Positions 62,279 through 64,000 of a stretch of DNA of 64,000 nucleotides are shown piece after piece. The first letter of the stretch is position 1, and each line of letters begins with the position of its first letter. Both the position numbers and the translations under genes were made by a program. The notes below the pieces were generated by a model that saw nothing but the letters and a program-made list of their open reading frames with translations, did not search any database and was not told the origin of the DNA. Source of the stretch: Mastigocoleus sp. (GTDB taxonomy: Bacteria > Cyanobacteriota > Cyanobacteriia > Cyanobacteriales > Nostocaceae); the NCBI GenBank assembly GCA_050042865.1, contig JBHJJE010000084.1, positions 1-64,000 on the forward strand, written 5' to 3'.

Positions 62279-63046
62279 TCAAGTATTGACCATTAACATT
62301 AACCACTGTATAACTTCTTGGATGGTAGTAACCTTTTCACCAGTAGGGAGAGGGGGACGGTTAATCATCACAACTTTGACTCCTAGCGATCGCGCAGCAG
62401 CTATTTTAGGATAAGTTGCATCACCACCGCTATTTTTACTGACTACGGTGTCTATCTGATATTTGCTGAGTAATTGCAATTCGTTGTTTAGGTTGAAGGA
62501 ACCTTTTTCAAAAATCATTAACCCCCTGGGAATTATATGATTATTTTGGGGAGGTTCAATTAATCTCATTAAAAACCAGATATTTGGTAATTGAGAAAAA
62601 TGGGGTAATTGTTTTCTTCCAACAGTTAAAAAGACTCTTTGAGATTTCTCCCCTAAAATATTCACAGCTTCTTGAATATTATTGACCTCTACCCAATTAT
62701 CAGAGGGTAGCTTTTTCCATGAAGGTCTAATCAACATTAACCTGGGTATATCTAACTCCTTAGCTGCAATATATCCATGAGTAGAAATTTGTGCAGCAAA
62801 AGGGTGAGTCGCATCAACTAAAATATCAATACTGCGATCGCGTAAATATTCTATCAATCCAGATACACCACCAAAACCACCAACTCTGGTCACACCGGGT
62901 TGATTTCCTGCACCAGAAGTAGACCCAGCAACGGAAAGCTCTACATTTAAGTTAGGAATGTTTATTGCTTGGATTGCTAATTTGGACGCTTCACCGGTTC
63001 CACCAAGAATCAATAAGGTTTTCAAGGTTTTCATGAAATATAACAA
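62279..63046 (-). CDS. cobK: precorrin-6A / cobalt-precorrin-6A reductase (CobK/CbiJ)
   Basis: ILGGTGEASKLA N-terminus and overall 255-aa length typical of CobK/CbiJ. Confidence 0.75.
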   Translation of the reverse strand: MLYFMKTLKTLLILGGTGEASKLAIQAINIPNLNVELSVAGSTSGAGNQPGVTRVGGFGGVSGLIEYLRDRSIDILVDATHPFAAQISTHGYIAAKELDIPRLMLIRPSWKKLPSDNWVEVNNIQEAVNILGEKSQRVFLTVGRKQLPHFSQLPNIWFLMRLIEPPQNNHIIPRGLMIFEKGSFNLNNELQLLSKYQIDTVVSKNSGGDATYPKIAAARSLGVKVVMINRPPLPTGEKVTTIQEVIQWLMLMVNT

Positions 63047-63205
63047 TGAAAATAAGTGTTTATTTACATATTTTTATACTCAGTTACATAACTATTTATA
63101 GTCTCTGCTTATCATTTATTCGGTTGTATTTCTTAACTTAAAAGCTGTGACATTTTGTTTTACTCTTTTAGAGGAATGTAGAAAGCTAATTTTTATATTT
63201 TTAAC

Positions 63206-63844
63206 ATGCCTACAATTGCAACTAACAATGAAGTTGTTACAGTTATTATTATTTTCTCTGTTGAACCGCAACGTCAACAAGAATTATTAGATGCAATAAA
63301 TGAGTTTCTGGATACAGTCAAAGAACAACCAGGTTTTGTTTCAGCTAGTCTCCATAAAAGTATTGATGGGTTAAAAGTTGCAAACTATGCTCAGTGGAGA
63401 AGTCAGGAAGACTATGATAATTTCCTTAATAATAAACAAGCCCAGGGTAAAACAGCTAAATTAAAACAATTTAATCCTCCAGATGTGCATGTCTATGAGG
63501 TAATTAGTTCTGATTCTAAAGAAGGACCCCCCCAGATAAAACAGGGAGGATATATCGCTCACTTTGCAGAATTTCGGATGCAGCCCGAAAATCAGCCACG
63601 AATGGTAGAATTAGCAAAAGAAAATATCAGTAAAGCTATGGAGCTTCCGGGGTTAATTTCAGCGAATTTTCATCGCAGTATTGATGGAACTCGCGTGATT
63701 AACTACGGACAATGGTTAGATAGAGAGACTATTGAAACCTTGAAGAAACAACCTGGTTTCGGTAAAGATACTCCCTACTGGGAAGGTATTGCTGAAAATG
63801 AACATCACCTTTATGAAGTTACTTTTACCTACCCTCATGAATAG
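63206..63844 (+). CDS. tandem antibiotic-biosynthesis-monooxygenase (ABM)-domain protein
   Basis: Two ~100-aa repeats, each V.VI..F.V.P....E......F.....QPGF.SA.LH.S.DG..V.NY.QW.S.E. Confidence 0.55.
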   Translation: MPTIATNNEVVTVIIIFSVEPQRQQELLDAINEFLDTVKEQPGFVSASLHKSIDGLKVANYAQWRSQEDYDNFLNNKQAQGKTAKLKQFNPPDVHVYEVISSDSKEGPPQIKQGGYIAHFAEFRMQPENQPRMVELAKENISKAMELPGLISANFHRSIDGTRVINYGQWLDRETIETLKKQPGFGKDTPYWEGIAENEHHLYEVTFTYPHE

Positions 63845-63886
63845 TTAAATATGGGAGCAAAATATTTAAAACTTCGTTAGGCATAC

Positions 63887-64000
63887 GATACCGTATGTCA
63901 CGATCAAAAATTAGAGAGTTGTTAAATGATTGGGTTGGAGTATCCCTATCAGTAGGAACAATTGACAGATGTATTCGAGAAGTGGGAATAGCTTGTTCTC
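63887..64000 (+). CDS. partial ORF at window edge, transposase-like N-terminus (possibly IS66-family)
   Basis: MSRSKIRELLNDWVGVSLSVGTIDRCIREVGIACS resembles the LSRGTLANW region of IS66 TnpC; truncated by the window end. Confidence 0.25.

Overview
This 64 kb window looks like chromosome from a filamentous (Nostocales-like) cyanobacterium. It is AT-rich with very frequent HIP1 octamers (GCGATCGC), heptamer tandem repeats, MITE-like inverted-repeat elements, and Leu-tRNA genes that do not encode CCA. About 45 protein genes are supportable. Housekeeping genes include uvrA, a TRAP dctQM pair, a copper module (an Atx1-like chaperone plus a CPx P-type ATPase), gyrA, lnt, mutS2, murA, murE, a TrmH-family methyltransferase, an HDAC-family enzyme, cobK, a crtH-like isomerase and a histidine kinase. 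Three accessory stretches stand out. (i) 14-24 kb holds a patatin-like phospholipase with a long C-terminal extension, a KMO-like FAD monooxygenase, a large serine recombinase, a sulfotransferase and a large PhoD-like phosphatase. (ii) 26.4-26.8 kb holds a cluster of tRNA-like sequences with encoded CCA and aberrant features. (iii) 36.4-40.8 kb holds a same-strand lipoxygenase, a non-classical cytochrome P450 lacking the I-helix acid-alcohol pair (CYP74-like) and a 193-aa unknown protein. This third trio is a candidate bacterial oxylipin (fatty-acid hydroperoxide) pathway and is the most interesting system here. A 30-nt HIP1-bearing hairpin mini-element occurs at least three times; two copies sit in-frame inside coding sequences, and one puts an in-frame TAG into the atx1-like gene. 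Several genes are degraded: a ypfJ-like gene with multiple stops, DUF427 with a nonsense codon, a 22-codon RelE/ParE remnant, an IS66 transposase fragment, and a GIY-YIG-like ORF with an internal stop. No CRISPR array and no rRNA were seen. All calls rest on motif recognition by eye; no database search was possible.
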